DNA from: an uncultured Clostridium sp.
GTDB taxonomy: Bacteria; Bacillota; Clostridia; TANB77; CAG-508
Assembly: GCA_946500265.1 (NCBI GenBank)
Contig: CAMMVE010000005.1
Coordinates: 1,906 to 65,905 of the forward strand
Direction: 5' to 3'
Length of the DNA: 64,000 nt
In this document: positions 9,645-19,289 of the stretch, one piece after another
How the letters are laid out: each line of letters opens with the position of its first letter
Position numbering within the stretch: position 1 is the first letter of the stretch
Notes under the pieces: model-generated
Seen by the model: the letters and a program-made list of their open reading frames with translations, nothing else
Told to the model about the DNA's origin: nothing
The model's database searches: none
Made by a program: the position numbers and the translations under genes

Positions 9645-9693
9645 AATAAAAACAATTAATGGAGAAAACTTATTAATTGGCAATTCTTTTAAA

Positions 9694-9730
9694 AGGTAAA
9701 CAATTTTATTTGTTTACCTAATTTCTTTTT
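9694..9730 (+). terminator. Rho-independent terminator
   Basis: AGGTAAACAA ttttat TTGTTTACCT is followed by a T-rich tail. Confidence 0.7.
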
Positions 9731-9749
9731 AATTATATAAATATTTCCA

Positions 9750-9778
9750 TTGACATATATTAACTGTATGATTATTAT
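9750..9778 (+). promoter_or_regulatory. Sigma-A-type promoter (TTGACA-17-TATTAT)
   Basis: It lies 40 nt upstream of lgt. Confidence 0.45.
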
Positions 9779-9818
9779 TTTTATAACTGTAAAGCTTCAT
9801 TATTTAGGGGGATTATAA

Positions 9819-10595
9819 ATGTTACCATCGATAAATGTATTTGGACTAGAAATTCCAACTTACGGTATCATTATTTTTATTGGAATATGCATTGGAGGAA
9901 TTATTGCTATTCAATATTTTTCAAAATTTAATAATATAAAAAAAGAAGATGTATTCTATGCCATATTATATGCAGTAGTTGGGCTTGGAGTAGGTGCAAA
10001 ACTACTATATATATTAACTAATATACCATTTATAATTGAAAATTCTGCAACTCTAGGTTTCTGGAACATTATAGGGCAAATGTTTAGAGGAGGTTTTGTA
10101 TTTTATGGGGGACTTATTGGAGGAATATTAGGAGTTTTAATATATGCAAAACAATTTAAAAATTCCTTTAAATCATTGCTATTAACATTAATTCCAGTTG
10201 TTCCGCTAATACATGGCATAGGAAGAATTGGTTGCTTATGTGCAGGATGCTGTTATGGAATGCCTTATGATGGCTTTGGTGCAATAACATTTGACCATTC
10301 ACCAATTGCTCCTAATGGAGTTCCATTGTTTCCAATGCAAATAGTAGAAACGATATGTAATCTGATAATATTTATCATATTACTAATAACATATAAAAGA
10401 TTCTTAGGAACATATAAAACAGTAGGGTTGTACCTGATCTTATATAGTATAGTTAGATTTACATTGGAATTTTTTAGAGGAGATTTAATCCGTGGAATAT
10501 ACTTTAGCGTATCAACATCACAGTGGATAAGTGTAGCATTGCTCATAATAGGAATTGCAATTTTTATCTATGAACATAGAAAGAAACTTGGATAG
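9819..10595 (+). CDS. lgt: Prolipoprotein diacylglyceryl transferase
   Basis: This is a polytopic membrane protein with the motifs GGLIGG and GRIGCLCAGCCYG. Confidence 0.85.
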   Translation: MLPSINVFGLEIPTYGIIIFIGICIGGIIAIQYFSKFNNIKKEDVFYAILYAVVGLGVGAKLLYILTNIPFIIENSATLGFWNIIGQMFRGGFVFYGGLIGGILGVLIYAKQFKNSFKSLLLTLIPVVPLIHGIGRIGCLCAGCCYGMPYDGFGAITFDHSPIAPNGVPLFPMQIVETICNLIIFIILLITYKRFLGTYKTVGLYLILYSIVRFTLEFFRGDLIRGIYFSVSTSQWISVALLIIGIAIFIYEHRKKLG

Positions 10596-10622
10596 AAGAA
10601 ATAGAACTATAATAGAATCAAA

Positions 10623-10666
10623 GTGAAACTTGGGGACAGATTTAAAATCTGTCCCCAGTGTTTCAC
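10623..10666. repeat. Family A nested palindrome (GTGAAAC..GGGGACAGATTTAAAATCTGTCCCC..GTTTCAC), copy 1
   Basis: I read it directly. It lies downstream of lgt. Confidence 0.9.
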
Positions 10667-10706
10667 TTTGCACGAACAAAAAAGAAATGTCCCAAAAGTT
10701 TAAAAA

Positions 10707-10739
10707 CTTGAACAAAAGGCAGCAGTCCTTTTGTTCAAG
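10707..10739 (-). terminator. Family C hairpin acting as terminator of the oxidoreductase operon (whole repeat 10688-10739)
   Basis: CTTGAACAAAAGG / CCTTTTGTTCAAG form a perfect 13-bp stem. On the minus strand it is followed by AGTTTTTAAACTTTTGGGACA. A near-identical copy lies at 61520-61571. Confidence 0.75.
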
Positions 10740-10740
10740 C

Positions 10741-10803
10741 TTTCAAGTTATCAAGTTATTAAGTTATTAAGCTATTAAGTCGTTAATTTGTTAAGTTCTT
10801 GAC
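10741..10803. repeat. Tandem 8-bp repeat, about 8 units of TTAAGTTA-like sequence
   Basis: It reads tcaagtta tcaagtta ttaagtta ttaagcta ttaagtcg ttaatttg ttaagttc. Confidence 0.8.
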
Positions 10804-10805
10804 AA

Positions 10806-11759
10806 TTATTCTTTATTACTCATTTCTTCTAGTTTTAATAAATCTTCCCATCTTCTATCTACTTCTTTTTGGAATTCTTCTATCATCCATTCATTTCCTG
10901 GTTTAAACATGTGTTTAAAACGTTTTTGTGGCTTTAAGAATTCCTCTATAGGAAGTTTTTTTGCTGGTTTATATGTTATTTTATATTTACCATTTTCAAC
11001 CTCATATAAAGGCCAATAACATGTTTCAACAGCTAATTTATTAATTGTCATAAGGTCTTCTGTTGGATATCCCCATCCTCTTGGACATGGAGATAATACA
11101 TTTAAGAATGTTGGACCTTCTGTATAAATTGCTTTTTCAGCTTTTTCATATAAATCCTTGAAATTCATATATGCAATAGTTTGAGCAACATATGGTAAGT
11201 GATGAGCTTCCATAATTTCTGTTAAATCTTTTCTTGACTGCATTTTACCTGGAATTACACTTCCAGCAGGGCTTGTTGTTGTATCTGCAAATCTTGGTGT
11301 TGCAGAAGAACGTTGAATACCTGTGTTCATGTATGCACCATTATCATAGCATACGTAAGTCATATCATGACCTCTTTCCATAGCACCTGATAAACTTTGA
11401 ATACCTATATCATAAGTACCTCCGTCACCACCAAATGCTATGAATTTTGTATGTTCATCATTTGGTAATTTGCCTTGATTTTTCATTGATTTATATGCGG
11501 CTTCAGCACCTGATAAAGTGGCTGCAGCACATTCAAATGCAGTATGAATATATGAGTCTGTCCAAGAAGTATATGGATATATAAAACTTGAAACCTCCAT
11601 ACATCCTGTAGCATTAGCTATTACTGCATGGTCTTCGGGCTTTAATGCTCTTAAAATCATTCTAGCAACTGGTGGAGCACCACAACCAGCACACATTCTA
11701 TGTCCTGAAGTAAATCTTGATGGCTTTTCTGCCACTACTTCTTTTAAATTATATGCCAT
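10806..11759 (-). CDS. 2-oxoacid (pyruvate/ketoisovalerate):ferredoxin oxidoreductase, beta (TPP-binding) subunit
   Basis: It contains CAGCGAP near the N-terminus and the GGDGGTYDIG TPP motif. Confidence 0.85.
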   Translation of the reverse strand: MAYNLKEVVAEKPSRFTSGHRMCAGCGAPPVARMILRALKPEDHAVIANATGCMEVSSFIYPYTSWTDSYIHTAFECAAATLSGAEAAYKSMKNQGKLPNDEHTKFIAFGGDGGTYDIGIQSLSGAMERGHDMTYVCYDNGAYMNTGIQRSSATPRFADTTTSPAGSVIPGKMQSRKDLTEIMEAHHLPYVAQTIAYMNFKDLYEKAEKAIYTEGPTFLNVLSPCPRGWGYPTEDLMTINKLAVETCYWPLYEVENGKYKITYKPAKKLPIEEFLKPQKRFKHMFKPGNEWMIEEFQKEVDRRWEDLLKLEEMSNKE

Positions 11760-11830
11760 AAAATATTCTCCTTTCTAATTTTAAAAAACAATACTTTCTA
11801 ATGTTCTATCTATCATTTCGCTTGTAAATT

Positions 11831-13012
11831 TTATTTTCTTAATCCTAAATATCTATATGGATTATCTATGTTATCTTTCTTGCTGTCTTCTATTAAATCA
11901 TTATATACTGACTCAATTTCTTTAGCAGTAGTATCTCTACCACCAATTCCATACACATAGCTTACTGTAGGAACTGTATTTTTATTCATATACATTCCTG
12001 AAACAACATCTTCGAATAGAGCTCCTCCAACTCCGTTTAAAGAATCAGCTTTATCTAGTACAGCAACAGCTTTTAAATGAGAAAGTGCCTTGGCAATTTC
12101 TTCTGCTGGGAAAGGTCTAAACACACGAACCTTTAATAATCCTGCTTTTATTCCTTTTTCTCTTAAGGCATCTACAACATCTTTTGTTGTACCAGCAGTT
12201 GAGTTCATACAAACAATTGCATATTCTGCATCATCTAATTTGTATTCTTCAATTAAACCATACTTTCTGCCAGTTAATTTCTCAAAATCTTTAGCTACTT
12301 CAAGAATAACTTTCTTAGCATTTCTCATAGCCTCAGCTTGTTGATATTTATGTTCAAATAAATATGTTTGAACATCTAAAGGTCCTACAGCAATAGGCTC
12401 TTTTTTATTTAATAAATAATGTTCCGGATGATATTGTCCTACAAATTCTTTAACTTTATCATCCTCGATAAGTTCAATATTTTCAATAGAATGTGATGTA
12501 ATAAATCCGTCTTGGCATACCATTAATGGAAGTAGAACATCTTTATTTTCGGCAATTCTATGTGCCATAATCAAATTATCATATGCTTCTTGATTAGTCT
12601 CAGAAAATAATTGAATCCAACCACTATCACGAACACCCATAGCGTCAGAATGATCATTGTGAATATTAAGTGGTCCAGATACAGCTCTGTTTACTAGAGA
12701 CATAACAATAGGAAGTCTCAAACTTGAAGCAATGTAAATCATCTCCCACATTAGTGAAAGACCATTAGCAGAAGTAGCTGTCATAGCTCTTGCGCCTGCA
12801 GCTTCAGCACCAATACAAGCACTCATAGCACTATGCTCACTCTCAACTGCAACAAATTCAGTATCAACCATACCGTTATCCACAAAAGTAGAAAAATATT
12901 GTGGAATCTCAGTAGATGGTGTTATAGGGAATGCAGCAACAACATCAGGATTAATCTGTTTCATAGCAGTAGCAGCTGCTTCATTACCGCTTAAACGCTC
13001 TCTTATACTCAT
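11831..13012 (-). CDS. 2-oxoacid:ferredoxin oxidoreductase, alpha subunit
   Basis: It begins GNEAAATAMKQINPDVVAAFPITPSTEI and continues ...ESEHSAMSACIGA. Its size (393 aa) fits. Confidence 0.85.
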   Translation of the reverse strand: MSIRERLSGNEAAATAMKQINPDVVAAFPITPSTEIPQYFSTFVDNGMVDTEFVAVESEHSAMSACIGAEAAGARAMTATSANGLSLMWEMIYIASSLRLPIVMSLVNRAVSGPLNIHNDHSDAMGVRDSGWIQLFSETNQEAYDNLIMAHRIAENKDVLLPLMVCQDGFITSHSIENIELIEDDKVKEFVGQYHPEHYLLNKKEPIAVGPLDVQTYLFEHKYQQAEAMRNAKKVILEVAKDFEKLTGRKYGLIEEYKLDDAEYAIVCMNSTAGTTKDVVDALREKGIKAGLLKVRVFRPFPAEEIAKALSHLKAVAVLDKADSLNGVGGALFEDVVSGMYMNKNTVPTVSYVYGIGGRDTTAKEIESVYNDLIEDSKKDNIDNPYRYLGLRK

Positions 13013-13181
13013 TATATCCTCTCCTTTTAAAATAAATTCTTCTAATTCTATTTAATTGAAAAAAGAAACAAGTATTGCTAGGCAAACGAGCTTTAAATTT
13101 ATGAGGCGTACGATTGGTACGTTGAATAAATTTAAAGTGAAGTTTAACAACGCAAGACGAAGTTTATTTTTTCAATTTATG

Positions 13182-13478
13182 TTATTCGCCTTCAACTTTC
13201 ATCTCAATAGCTCCAAAAGGACAAACTTTTGCACAAACTCCGCAACCTTTGCAATAGTCATAATTAAAATCAGCCCTTTTTTGGTCATGACCTACTGGGA
13301 TAGCATCCTCTGGACAAACTGGGAAACATAAACCGCATTGAATACATTTCTCTGGAATATAAACAGGTTTAACACTTCTCCAATCACCAGTTTTAAATTC
13401 ACGTGCATTACCAGCTTCATAAATATTACCGCCAATTGTCATTTGAGATTCAGGCGTATTATTATTAATATTTGTCAT
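13182..13478 (-). CDS. 2-oxoacid:ferredoxin oxidoreductase, delta subunit (2x[4Fe-4S])
   Basis: It carries the motifs CIQCGLCFPVCP and CKGCGVCAKVCP. Confidence 0.8.
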   Translation of the reverse strand: MTNINNNTPESQMTIGGNIYEAGNAREFKTGDWRSVKPVYIPEKCIQCGLCFPVCPEDAIPVGHDQKRADFNYDYCKGCGVCAKVCPFGAIEMKVEGE

Positions 13479-13495
13479 TCTAAAAACTCCTTTCC

Positions 13496-13526
13496 TGTCG
13501 GTTTGGGGACAGGCTTCCAGCCGACA
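13496..13526. repeat. Family B unit (TGTCGGTTTGGGGACAGGCTTCCAGCCGACA), a single copy inside the operon
   Basis: It lies in the 50-bp gap between the gamma and delta subunit genes. Confidence 0.85.
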
Positions 13527-13528
13527 TA

Positions 13529-14110
13529 TTAAAAAATTTCTTTAACTTCATTTAATGCCATTTCAATTGCTTTCATATTTCCTTCTATAACTTCAGGTTT
13601 TTTTGCAAATTTATGCTTAAATGAACCTTTCATATCTTCTATAAAGTCTTTTTTATCCATAATTCCACTAACTTTAACTATAGCTGCAAGCATTGGTGTG
13701 TTTGGAAAATATTTACCAAGTGTTTCCATGGAAACTTTTCTTGCATCAATAGTATATACTTTTCCTTTATAACCCTTTAAAGCTTTAGCTAAATATTCAC
13801 CATCTTTTGTTGTATTAATTACAATTGCGCCAGTTTCTTTTAAACCAGCTGTAACATCTACACTCTCTAATAATGTATCGTCTACAACTACTACATAATC
13901 AGGCTCGTAAATATTACTATGTATTCTTATAGGTGTATCGCTTATTCTGTTATAAGCTGTAATTGGCGCACCCATTCTTTCTGGACCATATTCAGGGAAA
14001 CCTTGAATATATTTTCCAGTATTAAATGCAGCATCTGCTAATAGCAAAGACGCCGTTTTAGCACCTTGTCCACCTCTTCCGTGCCATCTAATTTCTATCA
14101 TGCTACTCAT
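13529..14110 (-). CDS. 2-oxoacid:ferredoxin oxidoreductase, gamma subunit
   Basis: It begins IEIRWHGRGGQGAKTASLLLA. This is the first gene of the gamma-delta-alpha-beta order. Confidence 0.85.
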   Translation of the reverse strand: MSSMIEIRWHGRGGQGAKTASLLLADAAFNTGKYIQGFPEYGPERMGAPITAYNRISDTPIRIHSNIYEPDYVVVVDDTLLESVDVTAGLKETGAIVINTTKDGEYLAKALKGYKGKVYTIDARKVSMETLGKYFPNTPMLAAIVKVSGIMDKKDFIEDMKGSFKHKFAKKPEVIEGNMKAIEMALNEVKEIF

Positions 14111-14384
14111 TCATCAAAACCTCCTTTTCTTTTGATACGTAAAGTATATATCTTAGAAGATAAGATGTCAATATTTTTTAATATGAACTACCTTCATAAA
14201 AAATTTTAAAAACATTTATATTAAAAATATGAAAAATAAAGAAGTATAAATAGAGAAATTTTAGAAAAAATAATACAGATAATTGACAATGCAAAAAAGT
14301 TGAATTATCATATAAAGTGTATAAATATAGAAATGTTTATAGGTATCAAAAAACCTAAATAAATTTATAAAATGGAGAAAAAAT

Positions 14385-15275
14385 ATGTATATTAAATACA
14401 AAAGCGAAAGAGGCTCAATGGCAGTATATGTAACGGTAGTATTATTCACAATGCTAATTATTTTATCATCATTATATATGACAACATCTTCTGTAAGGAA
14501 AAGCCAATTAACAGCAGCTGTTATGATAAAGAAAGCTTATGAATCTGATAACAATAATGCTGAGAAAATATATAATAGCTTAACTGGAGGTGGTTCGAGT
14601 GGCGGACAAGAACAGCCAGAAGAACCAGAAATTGAATATGTAACAGATGGTCTTGAACTTCATTACGATGCAATAAATAATACTGGCACAGGACATAGTA
14701 ATACAACTACAACATGGGTGGATTTGAGCGGAAATGGAAATAATGCAACAGTAACTGGCGGAACATGGTCGGATAACTATTTGAGTTTTACTAGTTCCAA
14801 TAGCTCAAATGGAGTAAAAACAAATAGTGCTTTCCCTATAAACTTTTCTGCAAAAACATTTAATATTGTGTTTAACTTATCACAAGTAAAAGATGTAGAA
14901 GCTTTATTGGGATCAAGAATTAGTACAAATAATGGACTTATGTTATTTAATTATAACAGTACTAATGCCTTAACTCTAGATACAGTTCAAGGTGGTACAA
15001 GGACTAATATAGGCGATAGATTAGTTGCAAATACTAATTATAACTTAACTGTTACTTTTGATAATGGAACATTGAAATTATATAATAATGGAACTTTACT
15101 AAATACAACTACGTATACAAACGGAACATTAAATAATCAATTAACAGTATTTACAGCAGGAGCCAGAAATAATTCTTTAGGAATGGTATACAGTGTCAAA
15201 TGCTACAATAGAGCCTTAACAGCAGAGGAAGTAATGCAAAATTATAATATGGATAAAGAAACATACGGATTTTAA
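14385..15275 (+). CDS. PilX-N-like hydrophobic N-terminus fused to a LamG/concanavalin-type lectin domain
   Basis: The N-terminus ERGSMAVYVTVVLFTMLIILSSL resembles the PilX_N minor-pilin segment. A Gly/Ser linker follows. The C-terminal part (LHYDA..W.DLSGNGNNATV...) resembles Laminin_G_3 domains. Confidence 0.45.
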   Translation: MYIKYKSERGSMAVYVTVVLFTMLIILSSLYMTTSSVRKSQLTAAVMIKKAYESDNNNAEKIYNSLTGGGSSGGQEQPEEPEIEYVTDGLELHYDAINNTGTGHSNTTTTWVDLSGNGNNATVTGGTWSDNYLSFTSSNSSNGVKTNSAFPINFSAKTFNIVFNLSQVKDVEALLGSRISTNNGLMLFNYNSTNALTLDTVQGGTRTNIGDRLVANTNYNLTVTFDNGTLKLYNNGTLLNTTTYTNGTLNNQLTVFTAGARNNSLGMVYSVKCYNRALTAEEVMQNYNMDKETYGF

Positions 15276-15449
15276 TTTAAACTAGGAAGAATAATCCAAA
15301 TTATTCTTCCTATTATTTTGCATTTTTTTACGTAAATCATTGACCTTTTGCCCATTTCCGTATATAATATTAATGTTTAAAATTGTGCATTTTTATTGTA
15401 TCATAATACAACTTAAAAAGTTGCTTGAATTTTATGAGGAGGAGAATAT

Positions 15450-16256
15450 ATGGGAGAGGTTATAGTTATAACATCCGGTAAAGGTGGAGTAGGAAAAACA
15501 ACTACAACAGCTAACCTAGGTGCGGCCTTAGCCTTAAGAGGTAAAAAGGTAGCATTAGTTGATACAGATATTGGCTTGAGAAACCTTGATGTTGTAATGG
15601 GCTTAGAGAACAGAATTGTATATGACATTGTAGATGTTGTAGAAGAAAAATGTAAACTAAGACAAGCCCTTATAAAAGACAAAAGATTTAATGAGCTTTT
15701 CTTACTACCAGCAGCCCAAACAAGAGATAAAAGTGCAATAAATGAAGAACAAATGAAAGAACTAATTGGAAAACTAAAAGACGAATTTGATTATATATTA
15801 ATAGACTGTCCAGCAGGAATTGAGCAAGGGTTTAAAAATGCAATTGCTGGAGCAAACCGTGCAATTGTGGTAACAACTGCAGAAATATCTGCAATAAGAG
15901 ATGCAGATAGAATAGTTGGATTACTAGAAGCATCTGATATAAAAAACCCAGAACTAGTAATAAATAGGATTAGACCAGCCATGGTAAAAAAAGGCGAGAT
16001 GATGGATGTTGAAGATATTGTGGACCTATTATCAATTGATTTAATAGGTGTAGTTCCTGATGACGAATACATTATTACTCAAACCAATAAAGGAGAACCA
16101 GTTGTTACAAAGGAAAGAGCTCCATCAGGAAAAGCATATACAGAAATTGCAAGACGTATCTTAGGTGAAAATATAGAAGTTACAATTCCTGGAAGAAAAG
16201 CAGGTCTATTTAGTAAAATGAAAGGTCTTTTCGCAAACGCAAAAGGTAAACATTAA
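15450..16256 (+). CDS. minD: Septum site-determining ATPase MinD
   Basis: It has the deviant Walker A motif VITSGKGGVGKTTTTANLG, full-length similarity to MinD, and an amphipathic C-terminus. Confidence 0.9.
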   Translation: MGEVIVITSGKGGVGKTTTTANLGAALALRGKKVALVDTDIGLRNLDVVMGLENRIVYDIVDVVEEKCKLRQALIKDKRFNELFLLPAAQTRDKSAINEEQMKELIGKLKDEFDYILIDCPAGIEQGFKNAIAGANRAIVVTTAEISAIRDADRIVGLLEASDIKNPELVINRIRPAMVKKGEMMDVEDIVDLLSIDLIGVVPDDEYIITQTNKGEPVVTKERAPSGKAYTEIARRILGENIEVTIPGRKAGLFSKMKGLFANAKGKH

Positions 16257-16274
16257 TACTATTGGAGGTTAAAA

Positions 16275-16886
16275 ATGTTCGATAACATAATACATTTTTT
16301 TAAGAGATTTAAGAAAAGCGAAAAAGAAGACTCAAAAAGTACTGCTAAGGAAAGATTGCATCTTGTATTAGCTCAAGACAGAGCTAATATTTCAGCAGAT
16401 TTCTTGGAGATGATGAAACAGGAAATTATAGAAGTAATTAAAAAATATATAGATATAGATGAAAAAGCCATAGATGTTAGACTCACTAACAAAGAAGGAG
16501 AAGATGGCTCAGTAGGAGCACCAGCTCTATATGCTAATATACCAATTATAACAATAAAAAATGAAGCAAGAAAATTAGAAGGTTCAACCAAAAAAGAAGA
16601 AAATAGTTCTAATGAAAATAATGTTAGTCAAGAAGATATAAACGAAGAAAGCAATTCAAATAATATAAATAATGATAATACTGAATCTAATATAAATAGT
16701 GAAATATCAGAAGATGTAAGCGATGCAATTAAGAACGAGCCAAAGCAAGATTCTGAAAATGATAACATATCGGAAAACGAAGGTAAACATGCTGCAGATA
16801 AAGATATTGTAAAAGATGAAGTGAACATCGAAGAGAGTGACACAAATAATTTAGATGAGGTTGAGGATGAAAAGAAAAATTCTTAA
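16275..16886 (+). CDS. minE: Cell division topological specificity factor MinE with a ~100-aa acidic Asn/Ser/Glu-rich C-terminal extension
   Basis: Residues 1-100 contain SKSTAKERLHLVLAQDR...EMMKQEIIEVIKKYI, typical of MinE. The remainder is low-complexity. Confidence 0.75.
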   Translation: MFDNIIHFFKRFKKSEKEDSKSTAKERLHLVLAQDRANISADFLEMMKQEIIEVIKKYIDIDEKAIDVRLTNKEGEDGSVGAPALYANIPIITIKNEARKLEGSTKKEENSSNENNVSQEDINEESNSNNINNDNTESNINSEISEDVSDAIKNEPKQDSENDNISENEGKHAADKDIVKDEVNIEESDTNNLDEVEDEKKNS

Positions 16887-17974
16887 AAATATAGAATGGG
16901 GAATATTGGTATGTACCATATTACTTATAGCAATTGGCTTAGTTGCATTAACATCCGCCACTCAAAATTTGGATTATGATGAGCTTAAAAGGCAAATTAT
17001 GTGGGTGTGTATAAGTATCCCTGTTATGATAGTTATTTTATTTATAGATTATGAATTTATTGCAAAAATATCTCCAATACTTTATGGAATTATTATATTA
17101 CTTTTAATTGGAGTACTTTTTACAGAACCTATAAATGGTGCAACTAGCTGGTTCGATATTGGACCAGTTTCATTGCAGCCTGCAGAGTTTGCTAAAATAA
17201 TTTGTATATTGATGTTAGCTTTTGTAATAACTAGAATTCAAAGAAATGGTAAAGATGAAATAAGTAGAGTTTCTAAATTGTTATTAGTATTATTAACATT
17301 TATAGTACCAACATTATTAATTATAAAACAACCTGATTATGGTACAGCTCTTGCATTTGTTATGGCACTTGTATTTATGCTTTTTGCAGCCGGAATAAAG
17401 AAGAGATACATTATAGCAGCTATATTAATAGTAGTGATTGCAGCACCATTATTGTATTTCTTTGTATTACCAGAGCATGCTAAAACTAGAATAGATGTAT
17501 TTTTAAATCCGGATATAGATCCAAGAGGAGCAGGATATAATGTAATACAGTCTAAACTTGCAATAGGAGCAGGAGAGCTATTTGGAATGGGACTGTTCAA
17601 AGGAAATCAAACACAATTGGGCTTTTTATATCCTAAAACTACGGACTTTATCTTTTCACTTATTGCAGAAGAGATGGGATTTATTGTTGCAGCTGGAATT
17701 ATAATTTTATACGTTATATTAATTACGAAAGCTATATTTGTTGCCAAAACAGCCAAAGATGACTTGGGCTCATATATCGCAATAGGAATTGCACGGAGTA
17801 TTTTTCTTCCATATGGTAGAAAATATAGGTATGACAATGGGATTATTACCAATAACAGGTATACCATTACCATTTGTTAGTTATGGAGGAAGCTCATTGC
17901 TAAGCAATTTCATTATGATAGGCTTATTATTAAATATATCAGGAAGAAGACAAAAAGCAATATTTATAGATTAG
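16855..17974 (+). pseudogene. rodA: SEDS-family peptidoglycan glycosyltransferase RodA/FtsW, interrupted by an apparent +1 frameshift at 17794
   Basis: The track ORFs 16855..17880 and 17789..17974 together give a full SEDS protein. ...DDLGSYIAIGIA in frame 1 continues as GVFFFHMVENIGMTMGLLPITGIPLPFVSYGGSS in frame 2 if C17794 is skipped. Confidence 0.8.
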
Positions 17975-18024
17975 CTCTTAATGGGATTCTAATTCGAGCA
18001 TTAATTGCTCTTACTTAAGGAATA

Positions 18025-18077
18025 GTGAAACTCAGTGAAATATTGGGACACATTTAAATGTGTCTCAAGTGTTTCAC
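18025..18077. repeat. Family A repeat, variant core GGGACACATTTAAATGTGTCTC, with a duplicated GTGAAA arm
   Basis: I read it directly. It lies downstream of rodA. Confidence 0.85.
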
Positions 18078-18153
18078 AAGAATTAGATTTAATTTGTTTA
18101 GATTTTAATTATGAATAGATAATATATTAGAATATAAAAAGGAAAAGAATAAA

Positions 18154-19125
18154 ATGTATTTGAAAAAGCTAAAAATCGGAAATGTAGAATTAAGAAATAA
18201 CATACTTTTAGCTCCAATGGCAGGAATTACGGACCTGCCATTTCGTTTGATGTGCGAAAAATATGGAGCTGGGCTTGCATGTACTGAGATGATTAGCAGT
18301 AAAGGACTATTTTATAATGATGCAAAAACAAAATTATTATTAAACACTACTGGAGAGAAGAAACCAGTAGCAGCTCAGATTTTCGGTAGTGATGTGGAAG
18401 CAATTAAATATGCTTGTGAATATGTTAGCAATTTTGTGGATATTATTGATATAAATATGGGATGTCCTGCACCAAAAATTGTAAAAAACGGAGATGGAAG
18501 TAGATTATTACAAAATCTTGAATTAATAGAAAAAATTGCAAGAGAAGCAGTAAAAGTTTCTAAAGTACCTGTTACAGCAAAAATAAGGAAGGGCTGGAAT
18601 AGCGAAAATATTGTAGCTGTAGAAGTGGCAAAGATACTTGAAGATGCTGGAATATCGGCAATTACTATACATGGAAGAACAAGAGAAGAATTTTATTCAG
18701 GACAGGCGGATTGGGATATAATCAAAAAGGTAAAGGAAGCAGTTAAAATTCCTGTAATAGGAAATGGCGATGTAAAAACAAAAGAAGATGCATTAAAAAT
18801 GTTTGAACAAACTAATGTAGATGGAATAATGATAGGTAGAGGAGCAATTGGAAATCCGTTTATCTTCGAGCAAATTATAGATTACTTGCAAGGAAAAGAA
18901 GAGAGAAAAATAGGTAAGCAGGAGAAGCTAGATGTAATTTTAGAACATATTAATCTTCTAGTTAAAGAAAAAGGAGAAAATGTTGGAATAAAAGAAATGA
19001 GAAAGCATTTAGCATATTATGTTCGAAACGAAAAAGACGCAAGTAAAATACGTGAAAAAATAAACAAAATAGATAATAAACAAGAACTCATAACATGTCT
19101 TGATGAATACTTTAAAACTTTATAA
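18154..19125 (+). CDS. dusB: tRNA-dihydrouridine synthase
   Basis: It contains [24 protein letters not shown] and [18 protein letters not shown]. Confidence 0.85.
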   Translation: MYLKKLKIGNVELRNNILLAPMAGITDLPFRLMCEKYGAGLACTEMISSKGLFYNDAKTKLLLNTTGEKKPVAAQIFGSDVEAIKYACEYVSNFVDIIDINMGCPAPKIVKNGDGSRLLQNLELIEKIAREAVKVSKVPVTAKIRKGWNSENIVAVEVAKILEDAGISAITIHGRTREEFYSGQADWDIIKKVKEAVKIPVIGNGDVKTKEDALKMFEQTNVDGIMIGRGAIGNPFIFEQIIDYLQGKEERKIGKQEKLDVILEHINLLVKEKGENVGIKEMRKHLAYYVRNEKDASKIREKINKIDNKQELITCLDEYFKTL

Positions 19126-19202
19126 AATAAAATATAAATAGGTTAGAAATAGCCTATTTTTTTATATCTGTTATCTATAAGTTGTACTTTGATTTTATAT
19201 AC

Positions 19203-19245
19203 GTGAAACGTGGTGACAGATTTAAATCTGTCACCTAAGTTTCAC
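19203..19245. repeat. Family A repeat, variant core GGTGACAGATTTAAATCTGTCACC
   Basis: I read it directly. A degenerate second copy follows at 19255-19296. Confidence 0.85.
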
Positions 19246-19289
19246 TTAAAGCCATTGAAACATGTGGAATTATTTAAATGTGTACCTGA

